From positions 12,912 through 76,911 of the forward strand of contig JAQBPO010000003.1 of NCBI GenBank assembly GCA_028287465.1: 64,000 nucleotides of DNA, read 5' to 3'. Shown here in pieces: positions 23,993 to 33,636 of this stretch; positions within the stretch are counted from its first letter, which is position 1, and each line of letters begins with the position of its first letter. Below the pieces are notes generated by a model. That model did no database searches. It was not told where the DNA came from and saw only the letters and a list, made by a program, of their open reading frames with translations. The DNA comes from Fibrobacterota bacterium (GTDB lineage: Bacteria; Fibrobacterota; Fibrobacteria; UBA11236). The position numbers and the translations under genes are program-made.

Positions 23993-25972
23993 TCACTCTT
24001 CTTTCCGAAGGACTTCTCCGACGAACTGCAGGAGCCTTTCGGCGTTGCGTTCGGAATACCCCTTCGATTTCAGGGATTCGATGGCATCGTCGCGGCGTTT
24101 CATGGTCTTGGGATCCTTCTTGTTGGGATCCGCGATGGTCAGGCTGACCACGTTCTTCAAATCGGACATCAGCTTCTTCTCGATGGCCTCGTTGAGCGGC
24201 TGATAGGATTTGAAGTCGAAGGGCTTGCCCTGGTCCATGGCATCCGACTTGAAGACGAAGATGCCCTGGCGGAACTCGCGCTTCGCGTTCTCGGAGACGC
24301 CGATCATCTCCTCGATGCTTCGCATGAGCTTTTCGTCCGGTTCCAGCGGTTCGCCCGTGACCGGGTCGGTCATCTTCTTCTTGAGGCAGAAGGACGTGGT
24401 GTTCTTGATGTAGTTGTCGAACAGGGACTGGGCCTGATCCTCGTAGGCGAACAGGAAGGCGCGATTGACCTCCTTCTTGGCCACTTCGCGGTACTCGCCG
24501 TTCACGCTGCCCTTGTCCGCCATCAGCAGGCGCAGGTAGCGCTCTGCTTCCTCTTCCGAGAAGCCGATGTGGTGGCCGAAGTTGTTGCGCAGGGAACGGA
24601 TGACGTCGAGAGGCATGATGCTGCCTTCCTTCTCCTTTTCGGAGAGGGCGACATTGATGGCGTTCACGACGAAGCGGGGCGAGATGCCGAACATGCCCTC
24701 GCCTTTCTTCTTGCCTTCCTGGCGCAGGGCCTTCAGATCGACGGGATCCTTCTCCTGCTCCATCACCGCCTCGCCGTTGTAATACCGCATCTTCTTGATC
24801 AGGTCCGGGCACAAGGAGGATTCCGTCAGACGGGTCAGCACGGCGAACATCGCGGCCACCTCGAGGGAATAGGGAGCGATGTCGATATGCGAGAACTGCG
24901 AGCTGGCGATCATCTTCTTGTAGATCTTCACCTCATCGTCCACGCGCAGATTATACGGCACGTAGATGGGATACATGCGATCGTGTAGTGCTTCGTTCTC
25001 CTTGTTCGACTTGAATTTGTCGAACTCGGTCTGATTGGTATGCGAGAGGATGACGAGGTCCGTGTAGATCTGGGGGAAGCCCGGGACCTTGATCAGCTGC
25101 TCCTGCGCGACGGTGATGAGCACATAATGGAACTTGATATCGCACTTCAGGATTTCGATGTACTCGATGAGGCCGCGATTCGAGATTTCCAATTCACCGT
25201 CCAGGCTGTAGGCCCGCGGATCCGTCTCGCCGTATTCGGTTATCTTGCTGAAGTCGACATGGCCGATCAGTTCGGAGATGTCCTGGTTCTTGGGATCGCT
25301 CGGCTGGAAGGTGCCGATGCCGCGGCGCGCGCGTTCGGAAAGGGTGACCTGCTTGACCTTGACCTTTTCCCACAGGACATTGCCCTTATCGTCTTTGAAC
25401 TCGGGATTATTGAGCAGGCGATGCCGGCAGATGGGGCACAGATCCCCTTCGATCTTGATGCCGGGAAGTATCTCCTCCCACTTGGTGCGATCGTGGCGGG
25501 GCACGAGATGCAGGGGATCCTCGGACATGGGGCAGCCATCGATGGCGTAGAGCGGCGCATTGGTCGAGTACTCCTCGAGACGTTTCTTGAGGAGGCTGGA
25601 AATGGAGGACTTGCCGGAAGACACGGGTCCCACCAGCATGAGGATGCGCTTTCCCGTCTCGGTTCGCCTGGCCCCGGCGTGCAGGAACTTCACGATGTCG
25701 TGGATCGATTCATCCACGCCGAAGATCTGCTCGTCGAAGAAATTGTAGCGGACCAGATCCTCGTAGCCCGGGGCCAGCACCTTTTCGGTGGTGGGACTTG
25801 TCCCCTTGCCGATGATCATATTGTAAAGACGGCTTGGAGCGGACATGGCGATGGTCGGATCGGCCTTCACCAGTTCCATGTATTCAAGGCAGGTGCCTTG
25901 CCAACTTGTCGCGCTCTTCTTGGCGCGGTTTTCATTGATAATCGATTGGAAATCCTTATTATCGCTGGCCAT
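23993..25972 (-). CDS. prkA: PrkA/YeaG-family serine protein kinase (AAA-like N-domain)
   Basis: 659 aa. Walker A-like LVGPVSSGKSS, and collinear PrkA-type sequence throughout (..LYAIDGCPMSEDPLHL..ICRHRL..). Confidence 0.9.
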   Translation of the reverse strand: MASDNKDFQSIINENRAKKSATSWQGTCLEYMELVKADPTIAMSAPSRLYNMIIGKGTSPTTEKVLAPGYEDLVRYNFFDEQIFGVDESIHDIVKFLHAGARRTETGKRILMLVGPVSSGKSSISSLLKKRLEEYSTNAPLYAIDGCPMSEDPLHLVPRHDRTKWEEILPGIKIEGDLCPICRHRLLNNPEFKDDKGNVLWEKVKVKQVTLSERARRGIGTFQPSDPKNQDISELIGHVDFSKITEYGETDPRAYSLDGELEISNRGLIEYIEILKCDIKFHYVLITVAQEQLIKVPGFPQIYTDLVILSHTNQTEFDKFKSNKENEALHDRMYPIYVPYNLRVDDEVKIYKKMIASSQFSHIDIAPYSLEVAAMFAVLTRLTESSLCPDLIKKMRYYNGEAVMEQEKDPVDLKALRQEGKKKGEGMFGISPRFVVNAINVALSEKEKEGSIMPLDVIRSLRNNFGHHIGFSEEEAERYLRLLMADKGSVNGEYREVAKKEVNRAFLFAYEDQAQSLFDNYIKNTTSFCLKKKMTDPVTGEPLEPDEKLMRSIEEMIGVSENAKREFRQGIFVFKSDAMDQGKPFDFKSYQPLNEAIEKKLMSDLKNVVSLTIADPNKKDPKTMKRRDDAIESLKSKGYSERNAERLLQFVGEVLRKEE

Positions 25973-26318
25973 GGGTGGGTTCCCCTTCCCCTATATATTA
26001 CGTTTTCCGGATTCGAAAAACATCAATTTTCTCAATATTTCTCGATCGATTTTGTCGTTCTTCCCAAAGCATTTCACAAGATCGGATGAGGGTTCGGCAC
26101 GGGCGCCGGAAGCGATCGAAATTGCGACGTTCGGCATCGGGCGTATCCATGGGTTTGACAAGGGCTTGACTTGATTCGGCGGATGCGTTCCCCATTCCCG
26201 GTCTGCATCCGCTCCCGGACGGCCGACCCTTCCGGAGCCGCTCCGGCCGGTGTGCGGATTTTTATTAATTTTCACACCCGGATACACAAAATTTTACCCA
26301 CTGGGGACCTGAAACGCC

Positions 26319-27548
26319 ATGGCAAAGATCAACTCCAACTACCAAAAGCTCCAAGCCGGTTACCTATTCCCCGAAATCGGAAAACGGGTAAGGGCATTCG
26401 CCTCCGAAAACCCAACCGCGAAGATCATCCGTCTGGGAATCGGCGACGTGGTCCTGCCCCTCCCCGACCCCATCCTCGATGCGATGCACAAGGCCGTGGA
26501 TGAAATGGGCAAGGTCGAATCCTTCAAGGGATACGGCCCCGAGCAGGGTTACGATTTCCTGCTTCAGGCGATCGCGTCGCATTTCAAATCCCAAGGCGCG
26601 GAAGTCGCCCCGGATGAAATCTTCGTTTCCGACGGATCGAAATGCGATACCGCCAACATCCAGGAGATTTTCGACATCGACAACGTGATCGCCGTAACCG
26701 ATCCCGTATATCCCGTCTACGTGGACACCAACGTGATGGCGGGACGCACGGGCGAGGCCGAGAACGGACGTTACGGCAAACTCGTCTACATGCCCACCAC
26801 TTCCGGGAACGGTTTCGATCCCGAACTCCCGAAGGGCAAGGTAGACCTGATCTATCTTTGCTCGCCCAACAATCCGACCGGTGCGGTGATGCCCCGCTCC
26901 TCCCTCGAGAAGTGGGTCGCATACGCGAAGGCCAACGAGGCCGTCATCCTTTTCGATGCGGCCTACGAGGCGTTCATCACGGAACCGGGGCTACTGCATT
27001 CAATTTACGAAATTCCGGGCGCGCGGGAAGTCGCCATCGAATTCCGGTCCCTCTCCAAGACCGCCGGATTCACGGGCACGCGCTGCGCGTATACGGTTGT
27101 GCCCAAGGACATCAAGGCCCGCAATGCGAAAGGCGAAGAGGTGTCCCTCCATTCCTTGTGGAACCGCCGGCAGACCACCAAGTTCAACGGCGTGAGCTAT
27201 CCCATCCAGAAAGCCGCGGCCGCCATTTTCACCCCTGCCGGTGAAAAGGCCGTAAAGGCGAATATCGCGTATTACATGGAGAACGCGCGCATCATCCGGG
27301 AAGGCCTCAAGGGGGCCGGGTTCACGGTCTACGGCGGGGTGAATGCGCCCTATATCTGGCTCAAGGTGCCGGGAAACCTCACCTCCTGGGACTTCTTCGA
27401 CAAACTGCTGCGCGAATCACATGTCGTAGGCACCCCCGGCTCCGGATTCGGAACCCATGGCGAAGGCTATTTCCGCCTGAGCGCATTCGGTATCCGGGAA
27501 AACGTATTGGAAGCGGTGGCGCGCATCAAGAGCCGGTTGAAACCCTGA
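26319..27548 (+). CDS. dapL: LL-diaminopimelate aminotransferase
   Basis: [62 protein letters not shown] is the characteristic DapL N-terminal pattern. 409 aa. Confidence 0.9.
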   Translation: MAKINSNYQKLQAGYLFPEIGKRVRAFASENPTAKIIRLGIGDVVLPLPDPILDAMHKAVDEMGKVESFKGYGPEQGYDFLLQAIASHFKSQGAEVAPDEIFVSDGSKCDTANIQEIFDIDNVIAVTDPVYPVYVDTNVMAGRTGEAENGRYGKLVYMPTTSGNGFDPELPKGKVDLIYLCSPNNPTGAVMPRSSLEKWVAYAKANEAVILFDAAYEAFITEPGLLHSIYEIPGAREVAIEFRSLSKTAGFTGTRCAYTVVPKDIKARNAKGEEVSLHSLWNRRQTTKFNGVSYPIQKAAAAIFTPAGEKAVKANIAYYMENARIIREGLKGAGFTVYGGVNAPYIWLKVPGNLTSWDFFDKLLRESHVVGTPGSGFGTHGEGYFRLSAFGIRENVLEAVARIKSRLKP

Positions 27549-27602
27549 TTGGGCTGGGGCGGGTTTCTCCGCCGTCCTGCCGCCGATCTCCGGGTCACAT
27601 AT

Positions 27603-27625
27603 GAAACGCGGACGGCCGTTTTTTT
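27603..27625 (+). terminator. weak terminator candidate after dapL
   Basis: GAAACG-cggacggc-CGTTTT stem-loop running into a 7-T run (27619-27625), about 55 nt after the dapL stop. The stem is short and AT-containing. Confidence 0.35.
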
Positions 27626-27735
27626 ACCGAAATCTTCCCTGTCCTTTTGGCATTTAACCGGAATTCCGGGATTTTTTAAGATAAATTTGGGATTCCCCAT
27701 CAGACGGCCTGGACTACCGGGTCAGGAGCATAGAC

Positions 27736-28302
27736 ATGAAACACTTTATCAGAATCCTCTTTCTCGCCATCGCGCTGTTCGGCTCGGTCCAGGCGGCGGG
27801 AGGACGCAATTTCGGTCTTGGTTTCGCCCTTGGGGATCCCACCGGGTTTTCCGCCAAATATTGGACCAGTTCCAATACCGCCTTGGATTTCAATCTGGGT
27901 TGGGCAGGCTACTGGCGCCGGGACGGATACTACGATCCGGAATGCTATAACAACAATTTCTACCGCAACCATGCGGGCTATTGCGATGACCGGGGCTATA
28001 ACTACCGGGACAAATACGGATACGGCTGGGACATCTTCCATATCCATGCGGATTATCTGTTCCATAATTTCGACGCCATCCGGTCCACCGAGCGCTTCCC
28101 GCTCTATTACGGCCCCGGCATTTCGGTCAATTATCTGGATTACGATTTCCTGCAGCTGGGCGTGCGTGGCAATTTCGGAATCGCTTGGATGCCCCGCCGG
28201 GCCCCGATCGACGTCTTTCTGGAAATCTCCCCGACCATGGAATTATTCCCCGGTCCCCAGTTCGACGTGAACGCAGGGCTCGGGATGCGTTTCTACTTCT
28301 GA
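27736..28302 (+). CDS. small outer-membrane beta-barrel protein with a Tyr/Asn/Asp/Arg-rich loop
   Basis: RBS CAGGAG and signal peptide MKHFIRILFLAIALFGSVQA/A. Alternating beta-strand pattern with a terminal aromatic residue (..GLGMRFYF). The insert is YYDPECYNNNFYRNHAGYCDDRGYNYRDKYGYGW. Confidence 0.7.
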   Translation: MKHFIRILFLAIALFGSVQAAGGRNFGLGFALGDPTGFSAKYWTSSNTALDFNLGWAGYWRRDGYYDPECYNNNFYRNHAGYCDDRGYNYRDKYGYGWDIFHIHADYLFHNFDAIRSTERFPLYYGPGISVNYLDYDFLQLGVRGNFGIAWMPRRAPIDVFLEISPTMELFPGPQFDVNAGLGMRFYF

Positions 28303-28303
28303 T

Positions 28304-29500
28304 TCAAGGCGTGATGAGGTTGGTGCGCCGGTAACGGGAAACGACCTCATCGAATATCCCTCCTTTGCCGGCTTCGGTGATGAATGCCGTCACCGAGGCC
28401 CTTCCCCTCTCCCCAATTTCCCTCCGCAATTCAGGAGACCCGTCCAACCGGATCATCCATTTCACCGCCTCCGGGATCGAAGGCTCCGCCCAGACCTGGT
28501 CGATTCCCTGGGACATGCCCAGGTATTGATCCCCTGATTCCAAGGGAACCAATGTATACGGGACCAGGCACGAGTTCGCCGGATCCATGAAGTCCAGGTT
28601 GCCCGACCAACCCGTCGCGATGACGGGTTTGCCCAGCGCCATGCATTCCATAAGGCTTAGTCCAAGGCCTTCGCCGCGATGCAGGGAAATCAGGACGTCG
28701 ATGCTGGCGTAAAGCGAGAGGACGTCCTTGTAGGCCAAGGATTCGTCGAGAATGCGTATTCCCGGCACCAGGCGGACGACCTCCTTTAGCCGATCCACGA
28801 TCCGGCCGGCGACCGGGCTCAAATCCCGATTGTTGATCTTCAGGATCAGCTCAGCCCTCCCGGGCGGGAAGGCATTGTGGAAGGCTTCGACCACCGCCAT
28901 GGGATTCTTCCGCTGCATCCCGCTGGACACGTCGAAACTGAAAATGAATACGGTCTTGTCCCGCGGCAGTCCCCACCGCTCCCGATCCGGAACGGCGGCG
29001 GGAATCGGGATGAATTGCGGATAATAAAGGATCGGCGTGCTCCTGACCGACGCCTGGAGGGCTTCCCGGATAAAGCGGCTCGGCGCCAGGATCAGGTCGA
29101 GGGTCTCCAGAACCGGCCCCCAGGAGAGCGGCAGCCTGGGCAGCTCCCAGAAGGCCACGCAGGCATTGAAGCGTCCGCGGGTCTGCACCAGGCCGGGCAA
29201 ATCGCGGAATAACGATTCCAGCGAAGGCGGGTTCAGGTGGAACAGGTTGATGGGATGCGGCAACGGCTGTCCGGCGGAAATGAAATTGGAACGCAGGGTA
29301 AGATCATGTCCGGTACGGTTGTCGCCGGGGTCTATATCCAGGACCCGGAACGGGTGCCCGGATCGTTCCAGAACGGCTGCGGTATTGCGAAGGGCGATGC
29401 CATGACCGAGATTGGCGCTGGCGAATCCGATCAGGTTGAAACCGGGCCGCATGGAGGAGTGCGGACTTGACGGGGTCGCCGCGATAGGCTCCCCTCTCAC
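28304..29500 (-). CDS. glycosyltransferase family 1 (GT4-type)
   Basis: C-terminal GT1 signature ..SLHRGEGLGLSLMECMALGKPVIATGWSGNLDF.. (E-x7-E). GTG 29500 overlaps the upstream stop (GTGA) with GGAG upstream. Confidence 0.8.
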   Translation of the reverse strand: MRGEPIAATPSSPHSSMRPGFNLIGFASANLGHGIALRNTAAVLERSGHPFRVLDIDPGDNRTGHDLTLRSNFISAGQPLPHPINLFHLNPPSLESLFRDLPGLVQTRGRFNACVAFWELPRLPLSWGPVLETLDLILAPSRFIREALQASVRSTPILYYPQFIPIPAAVPDRERWGLPRDKTVFIFSFDVSSGMQRKNPMAVVEAFHNAFPPGRAELILKINNRDLSPVAGRIVDRLKEVVRLVPGIRILDESLAYKDVLSLYASIDVLISLHRGEGLGLSLMECMALGKPVIATGWSGNLDFMDPANSCLVPYTLVPLESGDQYLGMSQGIDQVWAEPSIPEAVKWMIRLDGSPELRREIGERGRASVTAFITEAGKGGIFDEVVSRYRRTNLITP

Positions 29501-32307
29501 CGGACTCCGGCGGTATCCGGCTGGGGATATCGCGATCGCACGCGCTCAAGGTGGGCCGCGGTGTGCTTGTTATGGATGTCCAGGATCTCCTGCATCGAAG
29601 ACCCCTGCCCGGAAAGGGATTCCTTGGTGATCCATGCCAAGCCCGTGAATACGGGGATATGCACCAGAGGGCGCTTGAGGGCCAGCCGCAACCAGAAATC
29701 CTGATCGCCGATGGCCTTGTATCGGCCATCGAAGTAGCCGACCTCGGCGTGGACGGATTTACGCCAGATGGGATGGGGGCCGACGCGGCAATTCATCAGG
29801 AGATCCTCGTAACTGTAGGGCGGCCATTGGAATACCCCTCCGTAATCCGGGGATCGGGTATGGTTCGCGAAGGTCTGGTGTGGAATATTGGTCAGATAGG
29901 AATCGCCGTAGGAAAGGCCGGCCCGGGGGTTCTCTTCCAGCGCCTTCAACAAGCGCTCATAGGCGTCCGGGGCCAAGCGATCGTTAGTGCTCATCGGTGT
30001 CAAGAACTCGCCTGAAGAGGCGCGTATCGCCAGGTTCCAGGCCGGATAGATTCCGATCCGTTCCGGTGTCCGGATATACCGGATGTTGGAATGGCGCCGT
30101 TGGAACTCCTCGACGATTGCGCTTTCCCCCTCCGGCGAAGCCGCGTCGACAACGACGATTTCCAAATCCTTCGCCACGGTCTGGGCCAGCAGATCCTCCA
30201 GGCATTCGCGCATGAAGGCGGCGGATTTGTAGGTGGAGACGAGGGCCGTGACCAGGTAGGGCCGTTTCCTGTAGTTCAAATCCCGGACCAGGGATTTCGC
30301 GAGAAGCTTATCGGCCCAATCCTCTTCCGCCGAGGCCGCGGCCGCGAGGATCGCCTCATCATCGGGCCTGGTATCCAGGAACCGGTAGCAAAGCCCCATG
30401 GCTTCCTGGTGCAGGCCGACCTCGACCAGGGATTCCCCCAGATTGGCTATCGCGCCGGAATAGGCCGGGTCCGCCTTGACCGCCTCCAGGAAGCTCCGGC
30501 GGGCCAAATCCTTCCGCCCGCTCGAATGCTGGACGACCCCGAGGTTGTTCCAAGCGCGCGCATGCGCCGGATTGGCGGCCAGGAAATCCCTCAGGATCCG
30601 TTCCGCGTTCTCCCCTCGCCCCGCCAGGAATTCCGTTTCCGCCCTCAGGACCTCGGATAAGGCGGGCTCCGGCGGATCCGTCTGCTTGGGCGTGGAGACC
30701 CTGCTCCCTTGTCCCGGTCCGGTCGTCCAATCCGGCCTTGAGGGACCGGATGGAGGCCGGGTCGTCGAAGCTCCACCGCGTTCGGCATCCTCCAATTCCG
30801 TCCGGTATCGGGGATGGCGCGCTTCCAATTGGGATCGCACCGTATCCGCGAGATCGGCCCTGCCGACGGCTTGCGAAGCGCGCATCAGGCGCCATTGGGC
30901 CCGCCAATGCGGAAACCCCGTCTTGATGGCCTCGACGAATTCCAACGCCGCTTCCGCATGGCTCCCCAATTTCCCGAATACCAATCCCGACCAATAGCGG
31001 AGCCAGGGATCCGCGGGATACCTGGATCGGTAAGCGAGGATCCCGCTGACGAAGTTCACCCGTGTGGATGCGGCGATGCGATCATCCGCGGCGAGGGCGG
31101 CGCCGAGATCGGCGGAATCGCGGCTGAGCCGATAATCGCCGCCGGCATCGCCTATCGAATCCAGGTAGACGCCGGCGCCGGTAGGCTGGGCGCCGGGAGA
31201 TTGGGAGCCATGCGGGGAAGCGGCGGATGCGCCGCCCCACTCCCTGAGGCGCTTCGGGCGTTCGAGCAGGCGGGCGTAGATCGAATTGATCTTCCGGGCG
31301 GCGTTCTCCGCGCCGAAAATCTGCTCCGCGTACGCCCTCGCGTTACGGCCCATCCGCCTGCGTTCCGCGGGATGATGGTAGAGGAACTCGATCGCCTCCT
31401 GGTATTCCCTGGATGAATGCACGATGTATCCCGTGAAATCATTGACCACCAGACGCTTGACCCCTCCGTACGGGAAAACCACGGGGGCCAGGCCCGAATA
31501 CATCACCTCCTGGAGATTCAATTCGGAACCTGCGTATGTCTCCTCGCACAGAGGGTACCCATACACATCGAACTCCTCGATGGTGGATCGAACGTCCTCC
31601 ACGTAGCCTCGGATGTCGAAACGATCCAGGGTCCCGAGCCCGGAGGCCTGGCGCTTGAGGACCTCCAGGGAGCCGTCCCCGCAGACCACGAACTTCACGT
31701 CGGGAATCCGGATGGACGAGGACATTTTGACGTAGTCGGGATGCATCTTGATGAAGTCTATGGTGCCGATGTACCCCACGTTGAAGCCCCGATGCGGCCT
31801 GGGCCGCAAATCGTCCAGCCGGCCGAGATCCGCCGCGCCGTAGACGAGGTCCACGTCGGCCAGCTTCCTGGCAGGTTCCATATCCCGGAACACGGGATTG
31901 TCGTAATAGGTATATGGGTTGCAAGGAACGCTCATGTCGACGTAATCGATCAGGGTAGGAGTGATGATATGCGGAAGGCTGTCCCCGGCAACATGGTAAA
32001 AGCCGATCAAGCGCATGGCGGGATGGGCCGCGCGGAGGAAATCCGTCATTTCAGGAACGTTCCACCAATGCATCTGGACGATGTCCGCGGCCTCCAATTC
32101 CGATCGCATCGTTTCAGCGGATGGGGCCGAGACCACCCGGAGCCCGGATTCAAGGGCGAGCCGGACCGCTTTCTCCTCCGGTGGCAGGATCGAAACGACG
32201 GAATGGGAGAATTCGCCTTGCCTGGAAGAGGACTTGGCCGTGGCGAGGAGCGCGCGCGCGCCTCCTCCCAAGGTCAGGATTTGGATGACATGCAGGATTT
32301 TTACCAT
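29497..32307 (-). CDS. 936-aa fusion: N-terminal GT1/GT4-like domain, central TPR repeats, C-terminal GT2 domain
   Basis: N-terminus MVKILHVIQILTLGGGAR.. with YPLCEETYAGSELNLQEVMYSGLAPVV (GT1-like). Middle has TPR-like helices (..ARAWNNLGVVQHSSGRKDLARRSFLEAVKADPAYSGAIANLGE..). C-terminus VTALVSTYKSAAFMRECLEDLLAQT..LEIVVVDAASP (GT2-like). Confidence 0.75.
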   Translation of the reverse strand: MVKILHVIQILTLGGGARALLATAKSSSRQGEFSHSVVSILPPEEKAVRLALESGLRVVSAPSAETMRSELEAADIVQMHWWNVPEMTDFLRAAHPAMRLIGFYHVAGDSLPHIITPTLIDYVDMSVPCNPYTYYDNPVFRDMEPARKLADVDLVYGAADLGRLDDLRPRPHRGFNVGYIGTIDFIKMHPDYVKMSSSIRIPDVKFVVCGDGSLEVLKRQASGLGTLDRFDIRGYVEDVRSTIEEFDVYGYPLCEETYAGSELNLQEVMYSGLAPVVFPYGGVKRLVVNDFTGYIVHSSREYQEAIEFLYHHPAERRRMGRNARAYAEQIFGAENAARKINSIYARLLERPKRLREWGGASAASPHGSQSPGAQPTGAGVYLDSIGDAGGDYRLSRDSADLGAALAADDRIAASTRVNFVSGILAYRSRYPADPWLRYWSGLVFGKLGSHAEAALEFVEAIKTGFPHWRAQWRLMRASQAVGRADLADTVRSQLEARHPRYRTELEDAERGGASTTRPPSGPSRPDWTTGPGQGSRVSTPKQTDPPEPALSEVLRAETEFLAGRGENAERILRDFLAANPAHARAWNNLGVVQHSSGRKDLARRSFLEAVKADPAYSGAIANLGESLVEVGLHQEAMGLCYRFLDTRPDDEAILAAAASAEEDWADKLLAKSLVRDLNYRKRPYLVTALVSTYKSAAFMRECLEDLLAQTVAKDLEIVVVDAASPEGESAIVEEFQRRHSNIRYIRTPERIGIYPAWNLAIRASSGEFLTPMSTNDRLAPDAYERLLKALEENPRAGLSYGDSYLTNIPHQTFANHTRSPDYGGVFQWPPYSYEDLLMNCRVGPHPIWRKSVHAEVGYFDGRYKAIGDQDFWLRLALKRPLVHIPVFTGLAWITKESLSGQGSSMQEILDIHNKHTAAHLERVRSRYPQPDTAGVR

Positions 32308-32453
32308 TGGGTTAGCTGAGCTCCTGGCCGATTATCCCAATTTGGGGATTCATTACGCCACATGAACCAGGCCTTCCAGGACCGAAAACCATTCCCCAAG
32401 CTTTGATTCCGGTCGATTTTGCTAGGTTTATCCCTCCCCGAAACGGAAAACCC

Positions 32454-33635
32454 ATGGCCTCAATCTTCCCAATCCAAATCAAGTCCGACCGTCTCAAAAG
32501 CATTCTGGCCGGGCATCCCTGGATCTTTTCGGGCGCCTTGGCACGCCGCCCCGATGTCCAGGACGGCAGCCTCGTCAAAGTCCTCTGCGGCTCCCAACTC
32601 CTGGGAATCGGCTACTACAATAGCCGCACGGATATCGCCGTACGCATGCTCACCCCGAGGGATGAGGCCATCGACGCAAACTTCTTCGCAGAGCGCTTCC
32701 GCCTCTTGCGCCGCCGCAAAGAAGAATGGCTGCCATCCCGCACCAACGCTTATCGCGCCGTCTTCGCGGAAAGCGACGGCCTTCCGGGTCTTATCGTGGA
32801 CAAGTACGACCGCACCCTGGTGTGCCAGTTCCACACCCTGGGAATGAACAACCTGAAACCCCTGGTGGTGGAAGGTCTGGTCAAAGCCTTCGGCCCCAAT
32901 TCGGTGGTGGAACGCAGCGATGTGGCGATACGCGTCATGGAAGGCATGGACGACAAGCCGGTAGGCATCCTGTCGGGCGCCGACGTGAAAGAGGTCGAAA
33001 TCGAGGAGAACGGTTTCAAGTTCCTCGTGCACGTGATCGAAGGGCAGAAGACCGGGTTCTTCCTGGATCAACGGGAGAACCGCCAAGCCCTCGTGCGCTA
33101 TGCGAAGGGCCGGACGCTCGCGAATTGCTTCAGCTATACGGGCGGATTCTCGGTATATGCGGCTTCGGTCGCCAAACGCGTCGTGAGCGTCGACATTTCC
33201 AAGCCGGCCACGGAATACTGCCGCCGCAACTTCCGCCTGAACGGGCACGCCGTCAATGAAGAGGATTTCCTGGCGCAGGACGTATTCGATTTCCTGAAGG
33301 AGATGCAACCCGGCGCGTTCGACATGATTATCCTGGACCCGCCGTCCTTCGCCAAGAACAAAAAGCAGCTGACCAACGCGATCAAGGCCTATACGACCAT
33401 CAATTCGAAGGCGCTGGAGAAGCTGCCCGATGGGGGGATATTGGTTTCCTCATCGTGCACGTCCCATGTGGACCAGAGCATCTTCATCAAGATCCTGCAC
33501 CAAAGCAGCGTGAACACTCGCTGCACCCTCAAGGTCCTGGAAAGCAGGGAGCAGCCCTACGACCACCCCTACCATCTTTCCTTCCCCGAAGGACGTTATC
33601 TGAAATTCTTCGTGCTTCAGAAATGGGCCCGATAG
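32454..33635 (+). CDS. rlmI: class I SAM-dependent rRNA (cytosine-C5) methyltransferase, RlmI-like (PUA + MTase)
   Basis: HPWIFSGAL.. N-terminal PUA-like region, GLIVDKY, FSYTGGFS and IILDPPSFAK motifs. 393 aa from ATG 32454. Confidence 0.8.
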   Translation: MASIFPIQIKSDRLKSILAGHPWIFSGALARRPDVQDGSLVKVLCGSQLLGIGYYNSRTDIAVRMLTPRDEAIDANFFAERFRLLRRRKEEWLPSRTNAYRAVFAESDGLPGLIVDKYDRTLVCQFHTLGMNNLKPLVVEGLVKAFGPNSVVERSDVAIRVMEGMDDKPVGILSGADVKEVEIEENGFKFLVHVIEGQKTGFFLDQRENRQALVRYAKGRTLANCFSYTGGFSVYAASVAKRVVSVDISKPATEYCRRNFRLNGHAVNEEDFLAQDVFDFLKEMQPGAFDMIILDPPSFAKNKKQLTNAIKAYTTINSKALEKLPDGGILVSSSCTSHVDQSIFIKILHQSSVNTRCTLKVLESREQPYDHPYHLSFPEGRYLKFFVLQKWAR

Positions 33636-33636
33636 C

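Noticed and set aside
19836-24988. Very long plus-strand ORFs (19836..22505, 889 aa; 22508..24988, 826 aa) covering the pyrB/spoVR/yeaH/prkA region
   Set aside because: They are mirror-strand ORFs typical of GC-rich DNA. Their translations are low-information (rich in G/A/L/V/D/E/H/R, with no motifs), whereas the minus strand encodes four proteins with unmistakable family signatures and coupled start/stop overlaps.
26179-26262. Hairpin GCGGATGC-N18-GCATCCGC and further GC stems upstream of dapL, considered as a lysine riboswitch or attenuator
   Set aside because: I could not find L-box core motifs. The T-run (26259-26263) is 12 nt away from the nearest stem, so it is not a convincing terminator. 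The region also has to hold the divergent prkA promoter.
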